Assembly: GCA_965223905.1 (NCBI GenBank)
Contig: CBDCXV010000002.1
Location: 288,001-352,000 of the forward strand
From: Candidatus Latescibacterota bacterium
GTDB taxonomy: Bacteria > Latescibacterota > UBA2968 > UBA8231
Direction of reading: 5' to 3'
Length of the DNA stretch: 64,000 nt
Part shown: positions 1 through 9,823 of the stretch, one piece after another
Layout of the letters: each line of letters begins with the position of its first letter
Numbering within the stretch: the first letter of the stretch is position 1
Program-made: the position numbers and the translations under genes
Notes under the pieces: generated by a model
What the model saw: the letters and a program-made list of their open reading frames with translations, nothing else
Told to the model about the DNA's origin: nothing
The model's database searches: none

Positions 1-1038
1 GGACACCTCGTCGATGGCCCGGCGATATATCTGGACACCTCCCTCGATATCGTCCACGGCAAAATAGGCGTCGCCGATCTTCACGTACGCCTTCTCCACT
101 AGCGCCTGTTCCTGGGCATACCCGGTGATGACAAGGCGGTAGGCCTCCGTTGCCGCGCTGACATTGCCTTCCGCACTGTACGAATCGCCGATCAGCAGCT
201 GAGCCTTCGCCACCAGTTCGAGCGCCGTCTCCTTGACCACGCCGCTCAGTTTCCGAGCCTTCATCTTGACGTGCTCCGCCTCGCTCATGTCGCTGAAATC
301 GTATTTGCCGATCAGCACTTTGAGAGCCCGTCGCGCTTGCGGGTGACGCCCCTGCTCGTAGTAACTCATGCCGATCTGGAACTGGGCCCGATCGACCCGG
401 TATGCCGCTCCGTCCCGCAGGGTCAGTTCTTCGAAGGCGGCGATGGCGTCGTCGTATTCTTTTCTGTGGTATTGAGCCCAGCCGAGCTCGTAGAGGGCGC
501 CGTCGACGAACTCGCTTTCCGGAAATTCGGCGACGAGCTGCCGCGCTTCGCCGATCACCTTCTCGTACTCTTTTGACCGGAAGTAGGTCTTGACGAGCCG
601 ATACTGCGACAAGACCCGAATCTGCCTCAGATCGGTGATCTGAGAGGCTTCCTTGTAGTTCTCGGCAGCTTTCTTGAAGTGCTCCTCGGCTTGCTGGCGC
701 AACTCTTCGACCTTGGCCGGGTTCCTCTCCAGGGCAGCTTTTTCGAGTAGATTCACGGCCTGATTACTGTGAGAATTCCCCAGCTGGAAGGTCGCCGCGA
801 CCTTGACCGGAAAGTTCAAATCCCCCACCTCGATCAGCACCTTCGTCTCGTCGACAAAGCGGCTGTCCTCAGCCTGCTTGACGATCTCGAACTTCTCGAT
901 CGCCTGCCTGTAGTCCTCGATTACGTAGAAGCGCTGACCCCGGTCGTAGACCAGCCGCAGAGTCTCATCCGAGGGGGCAAAGCTGCTGATTGTCACGCTC
1001 GTGGCGAGCAGGGCGAAGATGATTGATGGAAAAAGCAT
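1..1038 (-). CDS. Exported tetratricopeptide-repeat (TPR) protein, 3' end runs off the window
   Basis: Not in the ORF track because there is no stop in the window. Manual translation from ATG at 1038 gives MLFPSIIFALLATSVTISSFAPSDETLRLVYDRGQRFYVIEDYRQAIEKFE..., a signal peptide followed by TPR-like helices (FPESEFVDGALYELGWAQY, RAQFQIGMSYYEQG, KAQLLIGDSYSAEG, KAYVKIGDAYF). The frame stays open to position 1. Confidence 0.85.
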   Translation of the reverse strand, partial: MLFPSIIFALLATSVTISSFAPSDETLRLVYDRGQRFYVIEDYRQAIEKFEIVKQAEDSRFVDETKVLIEVGDLNFPVKVAATFQLGNSHSNQAVNLLEKAALERNPAKVEELRQQAEEHFKKAAENYKEASQITDLRQIRVLSQYRLVKTYFRSKEYEKVIGEARQLVAEFPESEFVDGALYELGWAQYHRKEYDDAIAAFEELTLRDGAAYRVDRAQFQIGMSYYEQGRHPQARRALKVLIGKYDFSDMSEAEHVKMKARKLSGVVKETALELVAKAQLLIGDSYSAEGNVSAATEAYRLVITGYAQEQALVEKAYVKIGDAYFAVDDIEGGVQIYRRAIDEVS

Positions 1039-1058
1039 ATGACCAACCGCTCTCAGTT

Positions 1059-3878
1059 CTATTGAACAGTGCCGACACCGGCGAACATTTTAAAGAAAAA
1101 CCGCACGAAGCTCTCGTCCGGCAGCCCGGACACATCAAAGTTGATACTTCGGTATTCCGCACCTGCCTCGGTGCCAATTTTATAACCTCCGAAATTTGAC
1201 TGATTGATCCAGGCAAGCTGATAGGTCTGGTGCTTGGCATCGTTGTCGCGGTCGCGAAAATCGATGCGCCGGTCGACGAGCAGAGGCAGTCCTTGAGCCC
1301 CGATGGCGATCGTCGAACGATGGGTCAGATGGTAGTCGATCCGAACCAATGGCGCCAGGATCAGATCCTCCCTCAGAGGCAGAGCGATAGTGGATCGCTC
1401 CTGACGCCGGTACTGCAATTTGAACCGGGGCATGAAAGCCATGCGACCGTAGTGGCGGGTGTAGTCTCCCTTTATGAGGTAGCCGACAAAGTCTACATCG
1501 TCTTCTGGCTGCACATCACCGTTGTCAAGGGTAGTCGCCTGCTGGTCGTTCAGTTCATAGCGCAACTTGGCGTTGATATTCCAGTAGCGTCCAGGTTTGT
1601 ATTCCACGTGCAGGAGTCCCCGGTTGACGAAGCTATCTCGAGCTTCGAGCAAATCCGGAAAGAAAAACTGCATGGGCACTAGGCGTCCATCGCTGATCAA
1701 GTCGACCCTGAAATCAAAGTAGGGATTGGCGATATCGTCCTCGACCGTTTTGCTCTCGTGGTCGAGCCGCAGGCGCCAGTGGTCGCCCTGCGACCACTCG
1801 TAGCGCAAGCGCCCGTAGGTCACGTCGTTGTGGCCCCCGCCGGCGATCTGATCCACGGAGTAGCGTCCGAGCGTCGCCTCGAGCCCTGGCGCGAGTGACG
1901 ACGCAGCGGTGACGTGGAAACCCTCTTCGTCCTTGAAGTAAGGGTAGTTCGGCTGATCGTCATCCTCCCACATGTCAAGCAAAAAGTTGTTGTTGAAATC
2001 GTCGCCGAAATAGAACTCTCTCGGATCCGTGAAGTACATCAGGAAAGGCTCGTCCGAGTCCAGCAACTCGTTGCGGTTGCGGTTGTTGTCGGCGAATCCG
2101 TCAGCGTCGAAATCGAAGAATGGGTAGACGCCGGCGTCTGACTCCAGATATTTGGATTCCCGACCTGCGATGTCCCAGTCCTGGACCCAGTCATCCGGCC
2201 ACTGGTCGATGTCATCGTTGTCGTCCACCAGGGCGTAAATCGGGTTGTTTAGTTTGTTGCCGCCTGAGTTCCGATAGGTGCTCGCCGGGTCTTGACGATC
2301 ATCGAGGTTGAAGAAGTAATGCGTCCCGGCTGTTCGCGAATCGACAATATCCTCGTTCTGCAGGACCCCGAACGTCCGGTTGATGAACGGGACCTGTACG
2401 CCGTCGCTGCTGAACTCCGGGTTGGCCTCGGCCTTTTGTCGCGCCGCAGACTTGAATGCGTAGGTGTTGTACTTGGGACCGATGTGAAATCCCTCGAAAC
2501 CCAGAGAGACCGCGTGTATCTCCTTTTCCACCGTCACATACCAGCCGAAATCGTCATAGTCGGCGCGCTCTCCGTCATCGGCGGCGTGCTGGAAATACGT
2601 GGAGCTTCGAGCAACTTCTCCGCGCACCTCGAAACCGCTCACCGAGGCGCTGCCGTTGAGCCCGACGACGTCCTGACCGGTGAGCATGCCCTGTTCGAAA
2701 ACGACCTGCCCCTTGTTGGACATGTCGATCACATTGCCTTCGGCCCGCCGCGCGATGACGAACTCCGTGGTGCGAGCCCCGCCGCCCGACGATACCGTGT
2801 AACGGTGATCCTGGCGCGTCAGAATCTGGTAGTCGTTGCCGACGACGGCGGCAATTTTCACACCCACCGTGCTGTCCGGCACGGGAAAGGAGTATTCGAC
2901 AAACACGGGAATGCGAAAGCCCTGCCGGTTCTCGAAATAGCCGCTGGCCTCTACATGCCGTGGTCCTGCGGCGACACCCTCGGACACCTCGGGCGCTGAC
3001 GCCGGGATCTTCTCGAATCGATCGACCCCACCCTCCCGTATGTGAGCGGTAGCAGACACAGCAAAAACCGCCGCGCCGCCGACACCATCCTCCGGTGAAT
3101 CGTCCTGAAAGCGGACGATGACCTCCTGCACGCTCGTTTGCGGAGGCGCTAGACCCTTGCGTGTGTTGGTCGTAAAACCCCGGCTGCTGTCGAAGCGATG
3201 CAGATTCACGTAGGTGCCGCCAAGAATCAGAAAGTCACCGACGTGGCTCTCCCAGTGGCCGCCCATGAGGTAGACGCCGTCAGTCACGGTCCGCCTTTCA
3301 CCGCCGCGATCCAGTCGATCTTTGAGATCGAGTTTGATCGGATCCGAGATCCTTGACAGAATGATGCTGAAGCGATTGTTCGCCGACGCCTCGTCCCAGC
3401 GGATGCCGTTGAGCCGTGCCATGTTCAGAGTCAGCGGTGAAAAAGTAGTGCTGATGGCGTCACCGACCATCAGTCGAGTCGACCAGCCTCCGTACGCATC
3501 GTCGACGATGATCAAGTGGCGCAGCCAGTTTTCGTAGAACTGTCCCTTCAGCAGGACGCTGCCCTGCTCGCCCTGTGCGACGGCGCGCGTCTCCTCCATT
3601 CGAAACACTTCGTAGCCTTCGGTCAGATAGTTGCCGAAGGCGTCGTAGCGTTTGAAAATCGGAATGCCCTCGCGGTAGTTCTCGTAGTCGGTCCAGCCGA
3701 AATTCAGAAAGGGCGCATAGTAGCGCGACACGAAGGGATCGGCGAACCGGCCCTTTGTCAGCAACAGATCTTCGCTGCTCTCCTGCTCCCAATGCTGCGC
3801 CGGCACGCCAACAGGGATGAACAGCAGGGCCAGGAAGAGCCTGGTAAACGATCTCGCTCGGTGTTTTGGCGCGATCAT
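1059..3878 (-). CDS. Large exported, probable outer-membrane beta-barrel protein with Asp-rich (putative Ca-binding) insert; paralog B
   Basis: 939 aa with signal peptide, amphipathic beta-strand-rich C-terminal third, and DxDxDG/DDND motifs. Colinear similarity to 3878-6778. Confidence 0.8.
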   Translation of the reverse strand: MIAPKHRARSFTRLFLALLFIPVGVPAQHWEQESSEDLLLTKGRFADPFVSRYYAPFLNFGWTDYENYREGIPIFKRYDAFGNYLTEGYEVFRMEETRAVAQGEQGSVLLKGQFYENWLRHLIIVDDAYGGWSTRLMVGDAISTTFSPLTLNMARLNGIRWDEASANNRFSIILSRISDPIKLDLKDRLDRGGERRTVTDGVYLMGGHWESHVGDFLILGGTYVNLHRFDSSRGFTTNTRKGLAPPQTSVQEVIVRFQDDSPEDGVGGAAVFAVSATAHIREGGVDRFEKIPASAPEVSEGVAAGPRHVEASGYFENRQGFRIPVFVEYSFPVPDSTVGVKIAAVVGNDYQILTRQDHRYTVSSGGGARTTEFVIARRAEGNVIDMSNKGQVVFEQGMLTGQDVVGLNGSASVSGFEVRGEVARSSTYFQHAADDGERADYDDFGWYVTVEKEIHAVSLGFEGFHIGPKYNTYAFKSAARQKAEANPEFSSDGVQVPFINRTFGVLQNEDIVDSRTAGTHYFFNLDDRQDPASTYRNSGGNKLNNPIYALVDDNDDIDQWPDDWVQDWDIAGRESKYLESDAGVYPFFDFDADGFADNNRNRNELLDSDEPFLMYFTDPREFYFGDDFNNNFLLDMWEDDDQPNYPYFKDEEGFHVTAASSLAPGLEATLGRYSVDQIAGGGHNDVTYGRLRYEWSQGDHWRLRLDHESKTVEDDIANPYFDFRVDLISDGRLVPMQFFFPDLLEARDSFVNRGLLHVEYKPGRYWNINAKLRYELNDQQATTLDNGDVQPEDDVDFVGYLIKGDYTRHYGRMAFMPRFKLQYRRQERSTIALPLREDLILAPLVRIDYHLTHRSTIAIGAQGLPLLVDRRIDFRDRDNDAKHQTYQLAWINQSNFGGYKIGTEAGAEYRSINFDVSGLPDESFVRFFFKMFAGVGTVQ

Positions 3879-6778
3879 CAGCGTACCAGGGTCGGGGATC
3901 CGGAGAGCATGCGCACGAAGAAGCGAGTGAATCTGGTGTCCGGCCTGTCCGGATCGTCGAAATCAACCTCCTGGCGCAGAATCCCGAGCTCGAGGCCGAG
4001 ACGATAGCCTTCGTAGTACGTCTCGTTAAACCACATGAAGGTCCAGCTCCTCAAGTCGGCATCGTTCGCCGCGTTCGCGAAGTCCTTGCGTCGATCTGCA
4101 AGCAGCGGAAACCCCTGAACACCCAGTCGCAACTGAGAGCCCGATCCGAAGTGGAAATCAGCGCGCAGAATGGGCAAAACCTGGAGATTTTCGAGAAAGG
4201 GACCCTCTTCGCTGGACCGCTCCCAGAGGCGGTACATGGCCTTGAACCGCGGCATCAGGTCCAGACTGCCCCTCTGGTAGCTGTAGCCGGTACGCAGGAT
4301 GGCACCGTAAAAGTCGAGGTCGTCTTCGAGTTGCTCCTCTCCAGAGGCGAAACGGCGAGCATGCTGATGGTTCAATTCGTAACGCAGCCTGCCCTCTATG
4401 TTCCAGCGCTCACGAGGTTGGAAATCGGCACGGAATAACCCCCTGTTGATGAAACTGTCGCGAGCCTCGAGCTCGTCGTCGAAGAAGGTCTGGGTGTAGC
4501 GGCTGCCCGTGAGAGCCCCAACGTTTACGTTCCGGCGATCCAGTTCAACTTCGATCCCCTCCTGCAGAAGAAACCTGAAGTAGGGATTCGAAATATCGTC
4601 CCTGACGCTCTTCGACTCGTGGTCCCAGCGTACCCGCCAGCGCGAAGCGTAGTGGCGGTCGAGGTTGAGCTTTCCGTAGACGACATCGTTGTGGCCGCTG
4701 GCAGCGATCTGGTCCACGTCGTAGCGACCGACGCTGAGCTTGAGGCCGTTGAACAGCTTCAGGGCGGTCAACAGGTGCAGCCCCTGCTCGTCCTTGTAGT
4801 ACGGATAGTTTGGCAGGCTGTCATCTTCGGAGGCGTCGGTGATGAAGTTGTTGTTGTAGTCGTCCCCGAAATGGAACTCCTGAGGGTCTGAGAAGTACAT
4901 GAGGAAAGGCTCGTCGTAATCGGGGAACTCATTGCGATTGCGATTCGTGTCCTGGTGTCCATCCTGGTCGAGGTCGGAATACGGAAAGATCGATCCCTCT
5001 TTTGGGGTGCCGCCACCCTTCAGCCGCCGCCAGTTATCCGCTCTCTCGTCGTAGAGCATGTTGTCGTTGTCGTCGACGAAGCTGTAGAACGGATTGATGG
5101 CACTGCCCCCGGGCTGCGCGTCGGCATAGAAATCCTGCCGCAGTCGCTCCCGGCCGGCTTCTTCCTCCGGGTTGAAGTAGAAAACCTCTCCGGTCGGAAC
5201 CGGATTTCGCGGATCCGCCGGATGCGGGTTGTAGGAGGTGTACCTGGCGCCGATGGAAAACAGTTCGGCGCCGAACGACCACCGGGACCACTCCTTATCC
5301 AGAGTGAGGTACCCGGCGACGTCTTCGAAGCCGCTGCGCTTGCCCAGCACCGAGGGATACTGGAAATGGTTGGAGCTTTTGGCGAGTTCGCCGTGCATCT
5401 CCAGACCGGGGATCAGCAGCCTGCCGTTGACGCCAAACACCTCCACACCGGTGGACAGGCCGTAGTCGAAACGGGTGAACCGCTTGTTGGACATATCGAC
5501 GATGTTGTCTTCGGCCCGGCGGATGATCTGAAAATCGGTTTCCCGAGGCACGGTGCTGCGGGGACCGGTCCGTTGCGTATGGTTTTGGGCAAGACTGATC
5601 TTGTAGTCGTTGGCCACTAGGGCGGAAAACTCGACGCCGACGATTTCCGTATTGTTCAAACCGGCGGCCTCGAAATCGAAGGTGTAGTCGATGTAGACAG
5701 GCCTGTCGATGCCATCAGTTCTGAAAACACCGCTGGCCTCGAGGTGGCGACCACGAGCGACGGCGCCCGGTGAAAGCTCCGGCGGCTGCGGAGTCAGCGT
5801 CACCGTCGTCTCAGCGGCGCCGGGATCGTCGAACGGCGGGCCTACGGTCACGTTGGCGACGAGGTCGAACACGGCTGCCCCGCCGATGCCATCCTCCGGC
5901 GAATCGTCTTCGAAGCGCACGATGATCTGATCGGGAACCGAATTGGGCGGCGCCAGGCCTTTGCGGGTATTGGTCTTGAAGCCTCGTTGGCTGTCGAAGC
6001 GGTGCAAGTTCACGTAGGAGGCGCCGACGACGAGGTTTTCGCCGACACCGCTCTCCCAATGTCCTCCCATCATGTAGACGCCGTCGTTGATATTTTCGAT
6101 TTGCCCGCGCTTACCCAGAGCTACGTTGAAGTTCTCCCCTGCCCCGGCGAGCTTTTGCTTGAGCGGATCGGAGATGCGGGACACAATCAGGGTAAGCTCA
6201 TGGTTGCCGACGGAGGCGGCGTCGAAACGGAGACCGTTGAAATTGACCATGTCGAGTGTCAGCGGGGTGAAGGTGGTGTGGATGAAGTCCCCCAGTATCA
6301 CTCTGGTGCTCCAGCTGCCATATGAGTCGTCGGCGACAACCAGATGATGGAGCCAGTTCTGGTAGAATTGTCCCTTGGTTCCCTGGCTGCCGATCAGCGG
6401 AGCTCGGGTGCGGTATTCCTGGAGCTGGAAGATCTCGTAGCCGTCAGCGATGAAATTGCCGAAGGAGTCGTAGTTGCGCAGATAGGGTGTCGTGTTGAGG
6501 CGGTAGTTCTGGTAGTCGTTCCAACCGTAGGTGCGGTACCCGGGCTGCCAGCGCCCCATGAAAGCATCGCCGAAACGGTGGTCTTCGTAGAACGTTCCGG
6601 CGCTGGATCCGGGAACTACCAGCGTTTCGCGCGGTAGCTCGTCCTCAGTCGTGTAGTTCGGAAAACGGCGCGTCCCCTTCCCTTCCTTGAGATCCGGGTC
6701 CTGCGACTCAACCCCGTGGACCCACAGGGTGATCGAGCCCAGACACAGCCAGAAAAGTGTCCGTTTCCAGTCGGGCAT
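3878..6778 (-). CDS. Large exported, probable outer-membrane beta-barrel protein with Asp-rich insert; paralog A
   Basis: 966 aa with signal peptide. Shares long motifs with the downstream paralog (KGQFYxNWLxHL, DGVYxMGGHWES, DEPFLMYFxDPxEF, LEARDSF). Its stop overlaps the next start (TGATG). Confidence 0.8.
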   Translation of the reverse strand: MPDWKRTLFWLCLGSITLWVHGVESQDPDLKEGKGTRRFPNYTTEDELPRETLVVPGSSAGTFYEDHRFGDAFMGRWQPGYRTYGWNDYQNYRLNTTPYLRNYDSFGNFIADGYEIFQLQEYRTRAPLIGSQGTKGQFYQNWLHHLVVADDSYGSWSTRVILGDFIHTTFTPLTLDMVNFNGLRFDAASVGNHELTLIVSRISDPLKQKLAGAGENFNVALGKRGQIENINDGVYMMGGHWESGVGENLVVGASYVNLHRFDSQRGFKTNTRKGLAPPNSVPDQIIVRFEDDSPEDGIGGAAVFDLVANVTVGPPFDDPGAAETTVTLTPQPPELSPGAVARGRHLEASGVFRTDGIDRPVYIDYTFDFEAAGLNNTEIVGVEFSALVANDYKISLAQNHTQRTGPRSTVPRETDFQIIRRAEDNIVDMSNKRFTRFDYGLSTGVEVFGVNGRLLIPGLEMHGELAKSSNHFQYPSVLGKRSGFEDVAGYLTLDKEWSRWSFGAELFSIGARYTSYNPHPADPRNPVPTGEVFYFNPEEEAGRERLRQDFYADAQPGGSAINPFYSFVDDNDNMLYDERADNWRRLKGGGTPKEGSIFPYSDLDQDGHQDTNRNRNEFPDYDEPFLMYFSDPQEFHFGDDYNNNFITDASEDDSLPNYPYYKDEQGLHLLTALKLFNGLKLSVGRYDVDQIAASGHNDVVYGKLNLDRHYASRWRVRWDHESKSVRDDISNPYFRFLLQEGIEVELDRRNVNVGALTGSRYTQTFFDDELEARDSFINRGLFRADFQPRERWNIEGRLRYELNHQHARRFASGEEQLEDDLDFYGAILRTGYSYQRGSLDLMPRFKAMYRLWERSSEEGPFLENLQVLPILRADFHFGSGSQLRLGVQGFPLLADRRKDFANAANDADLRSWTFMWFNETYYEGYRLGLELGILRQEVDFDDPDRPDTRFTRFFVRMLSGSPTLVR

Positions 6779-6807
6779 TGGAGCTGGTGGCCTCGAATCG
6801 ATGCTGG

Positions 6808-7707
6808 TCAGAGCTGATACACCAGTGAGAGCCGCTGGCTACCGCCGGCCGTAATCTCGGATGCGTAGTGGTGGGCGTAGTTCAGCACGATTTTTCCGAA
6901 ACGCAGACCGAGCCCCCCATCTACCTCGCCGGCAGCGCCATCGCTGGCCATGCCGCTGCCTCCCGCCCGCAGGCGCAGATCGTAACGTCCGCCAAGTTTG
7001 TACTCAGCTCCGACTCGCAGCCTGGAGCCTCCGTCGATGAATTCGAGGTCGGCCTCCAGTGCGTACATCGCGTCCGCATAGCCCAGACCCAGGGTGATGC
7101 GGCGAGGAATGCCGCTTCCGCCTCTCGACTCGGAGACATTGGGCTCGTTGAGGCTCTGCCCGCTGAATGCGACGCTGACCTGCCCGTCATTCAGAGTGAA
7201 TGCCTCCATGCGCGCCCCCACGTCGAGGCCCAGTCCGGAGCCGGACCGATCGGCGTCACTGATGAGGGTTTGGGGGTCGCTGTAGCCGTCGGCAGACCAG
7301 CGCATGAATCGCAGGCCAACTCCAAGATTCAGGTTCTTTCCGATGGTCCGGCCGAATCCGAGGAGCAGGCCGGTCTCTGTATAGAAACCAGCCCCCAGGC
7401 CGGCGACTCCAAGTCCGACACGGCCCCCTGCCAGCTTTCGCGCGTAGTTGGCGGACCAGTTTCCTATACCCGGCCCCGCATCGAGGTCGGGGAAAAGTCG
7501 CGCGTACTCAACGCTGATTTGAGAGCGCTCGATGCGCGCCAGTCCGGCGGTATTGTACCAAAGGGCGCTGGCATCATCGCCGTGCACGGTGACCGCGTGA
7601 CCCATCGCACTGGCGCGACTCGCGTGACCTAGAGTTTCAAAGGCCCCCTGGACCGGCACTGCCCCGATACCCAGGGTGAGGCTCAGAATGAAAAGTCGTT
7701 GATACAT
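6808..7707 (-). CDS. PorV/PorP(SprF)-like outer-membrane beta-barrel protein
   Basis: Signal peptide from MYQRL (ATG 7707). N-terminal motif GHASRASAMGHA...DDASALWYNTAGL is typical of PorV/FadL-like barrels; amphipathic strands end in LSLVYQL. Confidence 0.75.
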   Translation of the reverse strand: MYQRLFILSLTLGIGAVPVQGAFETLGHASRASAMGHAVTVHGDDASALWYNTAGLARIERSQISVEYARLFPDLDAGPGIGNWSANYARKLAGGRVGLGVAGLGAGFYTETGLLLGFGRTIGKNLNLGVGLRFMRWSADGYSDPQTLISDADRSGSGLGLDVGARMEAFTLNDGQVSVAFSGQSLNEPNVSESRGGSGIPRRITLGLGYADAMYALEADLEFIDGGSRLRVGAEYKLGGRYDLRLRAGGSGMASDGAAGEVDGGLGLRFGKIVLNYAHHYASEITAGGSQRLSLVYQL

Positions 7708-7732
7708 TGATTGCTCTCTGGTTTGGTTGATG

Positions 7733-9394
7733 TCAGTAGGCGACACCGATAGCCCCGTTGAACTCGATCCCGTCCCCGCTGTCGACGCTTATTTCGAAGA
7801 GATAAAGCCCCGGGGGAACCAGGTCGCCGTCGTCATCGACCCCATCCCATTCCACCGTGTGAGTGCCGCTTTTCTGCTTCATCTCCATGGCCCGAACCGG
7901 CCTGCCGTTGAGATCGAAGATGCGGATGGCCACCGGTCGCAGCACGCTGATTCTGCCGAGATCGTATTGAATCCGTACGACATCGAATCTTTCGTCGTCG
8001 TTCGGTGAGAACGGATTCGGCGCCACGGTGAGGTTGCCCCTGTCGAAGACGCGATCGATGAGGCCCACTCCGAAAAGGGCAAGCGTGTTACCGCGTTCCT
8101 GACTGGAAGCCGCTTCGATCTGCTGGGGGTTGTCGGGCTGCAGCCGATCGACGAGCTGTCCACGGAAGAGGTTGACTTCGTCGTAAAGAACGGTGCTGAA
8201 ACTGATCTGAATGTCGGCGTCGGCGACAATGGGGTCGGCGAAGATGATGTCGGTGTGCCGGGCAGCGTTGCTCAAGGTGAAATCAGTGCCGTCGACGAGC
8301 GTCTCGCCGTCTCTGAGCACCCTCTGCACTTTCAGACTGTTGGGACCCTCGAGCCTGAAGATGTCGAAGCCAGTGCCCGATCCGACCCTCGCGGCAACTT
8401 CGAGGAGCAGATTCTGACGCAGGCCAACAGGCACTTCATCCGCAGCCAGCTCTTCGTCGGCGTCGTCCACTGGCGCTTCCAGGTCCGTATCATCCCGGCT
8501 CACCTGTCCAGAGACGGCGGCTGCCAACGGATCTGCGTGGTCGATCACCAGGCTCGTCAGTCGCGGGGAAGTAGCCGGATTATCTGTGACGAGGTTCACT
8601 TGGTACTGGAGGAACCTGCGGGGCTCAGGGAGGTTGACCAGCATCCCTTCCTGTTCGGAGCTGGGGCTGGACCAGTCACTCCAGTTGTCGTCGGGCGTGC
8701 TCGATGGTCCGGTGCGGAATTGCAGCGTCAGCTCACTCCCTTGATCCACCTCTGCCGTCCAGCGGGCCATCCCGAAATTCCTGGCCGTGCTCAAATTCAC
8801 GACATCGGAAGTAAAGCTTCCCGCATTCAGAAAACCGCTTCCGTACACCTCCACCTCGCCTATCTTCACCTGGTTCAGCCTGTCGATTGCCTTTATTTGT
8901 GCTCGAACATGGCGCGCGACAACGGGCGCGAAGGTTGTGTCGATTAGGGGGTTAAGATTTCGGGTATTGAGGACCTGCTCCGTGAATACGACGTCGTCCA
9001 ATGAGGTTTGAATGCTGTACCCCTTCATAAACTCCCTGGTGTCACCCGTCAGAGGTCTTATGATGACGTGATCTACCAGCCTGTCTTGCTCAAGGTCAAT
9101 CTGGACGTAGAAGTTGAACACGACGGGGTCACCGCGGCGGTCTCCGCTGTTCCAGACATTGTTCGTACCGGTGTTGTTGTCGGTCACTTTCGCGGGGAAA
9201 CCGGCGTGATCCACAGCCGGCTTGCCGAGAGCAAGATTTTCCTCCGAATCGACCGACCCGAGAACGAGCGCGCCCGTACTGTCCGCCCGCGCCTCGTCGC
9301 TCGATATCCTGTCCCAGCTTTCAACGACGAAGGGTTGCGCGGAAACAGGGAGAGCGGACACGAGTGTGAGACAGAGGGCGAGCTTTGCTGTCAT
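7733..9394 (-). CDS. Secreted protein with F5/8 type C (discoidin)-like domain and C-terminal FlgD-Ig/T9SS-type sorting domain
   Basis: Signal peptide MTAKLALCLTLVSALPVSA. Discoidin hallmarks ENLALGKP...QIDL...ARHVR...GEVEVYG. C-terminus PNPFSPNDD...IRIFDLNGRPVR...WDGVDDDGDLVPPGLYLFEI. Confidence 0.8.
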   Translation of the reverse strand: MTAKLALCLTLVSALPVSAQPFVVESWDRISSDEARADSTGALVLGSVDSEENLALGKPAVDHAGFPAKVTDNNTGTNNVWNSGDRRGDPVVFNFYVQIDLEQDRLVDHVIIRPLTGDTREFMKGYSIQTSLDDVVFTEQVLNTRNLNPLIDTTFAPVVARHVRAQIKAIDRLNQVKIGEVEVYGSGFLNAGSFTSDVVNLSTARNFGMARWTAEVDQGSELTLQFRTGPSSTPDDNWSDWSSPSSEQEGMLVNLPEPRRFLQYQVNLVTDNPATSPRLTSLVIDHADPLAAAVSGQVSRDDTDLEAPVDDADEELAADEVPVGLRQNLLLEVAARVGSGTGFDIFRLEGPNSLKVQRVLRDGETLVDGTDFTLSNAARHTDIIFADPIVADADIQISFSTVLYDEVNLFRGQLVDRLQPDNPQQIEAASSQERGNTLALFGVGLIDRVFDRGNLTVAPNPFSPNDDERFDVVRIQYDLGRISVLRPVAIRIFDLNGRPVRAMEMKQKSGTHTVEWDGVDDDGDLVPPGLYLFEISVDSGDGIEFNGAIGVAY

Positions 9395-9502
9395 GAGGGA
9401 TCTCTTGGGAGAGTGCAGCTTCGGGATGCAGTTGAACAGGATATTGATCCTCCGGTGTACCTGGCCTTGGCGACGCACCAAATGCCGTCACGTGGGGCGT
9501 CG

Positions 9503-9534
9503 CCTTGTAATGGGCACCCTTGTAATGGGCACCC
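9503..9534. repeat. 15-bp tandem duplication (ccttgtaatgggcac x2)
   Basis: Read directly from the sequence, upstream of the exported-protein operon. Confidence 0.9.
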
Positions 9535-9823
9535 AGGATTCACGTAATTTCGCCGTACATTCGCGCCTTCCAATTGGGATGTCAAGCAAAGCCTGCAAGC
9601 CAGAGTCACCGAGGGATGCTCTGGAGCAACGCGCTCGGCATTTGCGGTGGGTGCAGAGCTGACCGGAATACTCCGGTTTAGCTACCTTCAATAGTTGCGG
9701 AAGGTGTTGAAAAAGAAAAGGGGCGCACCTATCCTTCCTTTAGCCCGAAGATCCGTTGCGCTTTTTTGTCGCAGTGACAGTACGAGCATGAGTTGCGACG
9801 TATTTCGCCGTCCACGGGTAGGC

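Noticed and set aside
9490-9540. REP element of a RAYT system
   Set aside because: Only loose resemblance (gggcaccc, gtggggcg); no proper palindrome pair or RAYT gene.
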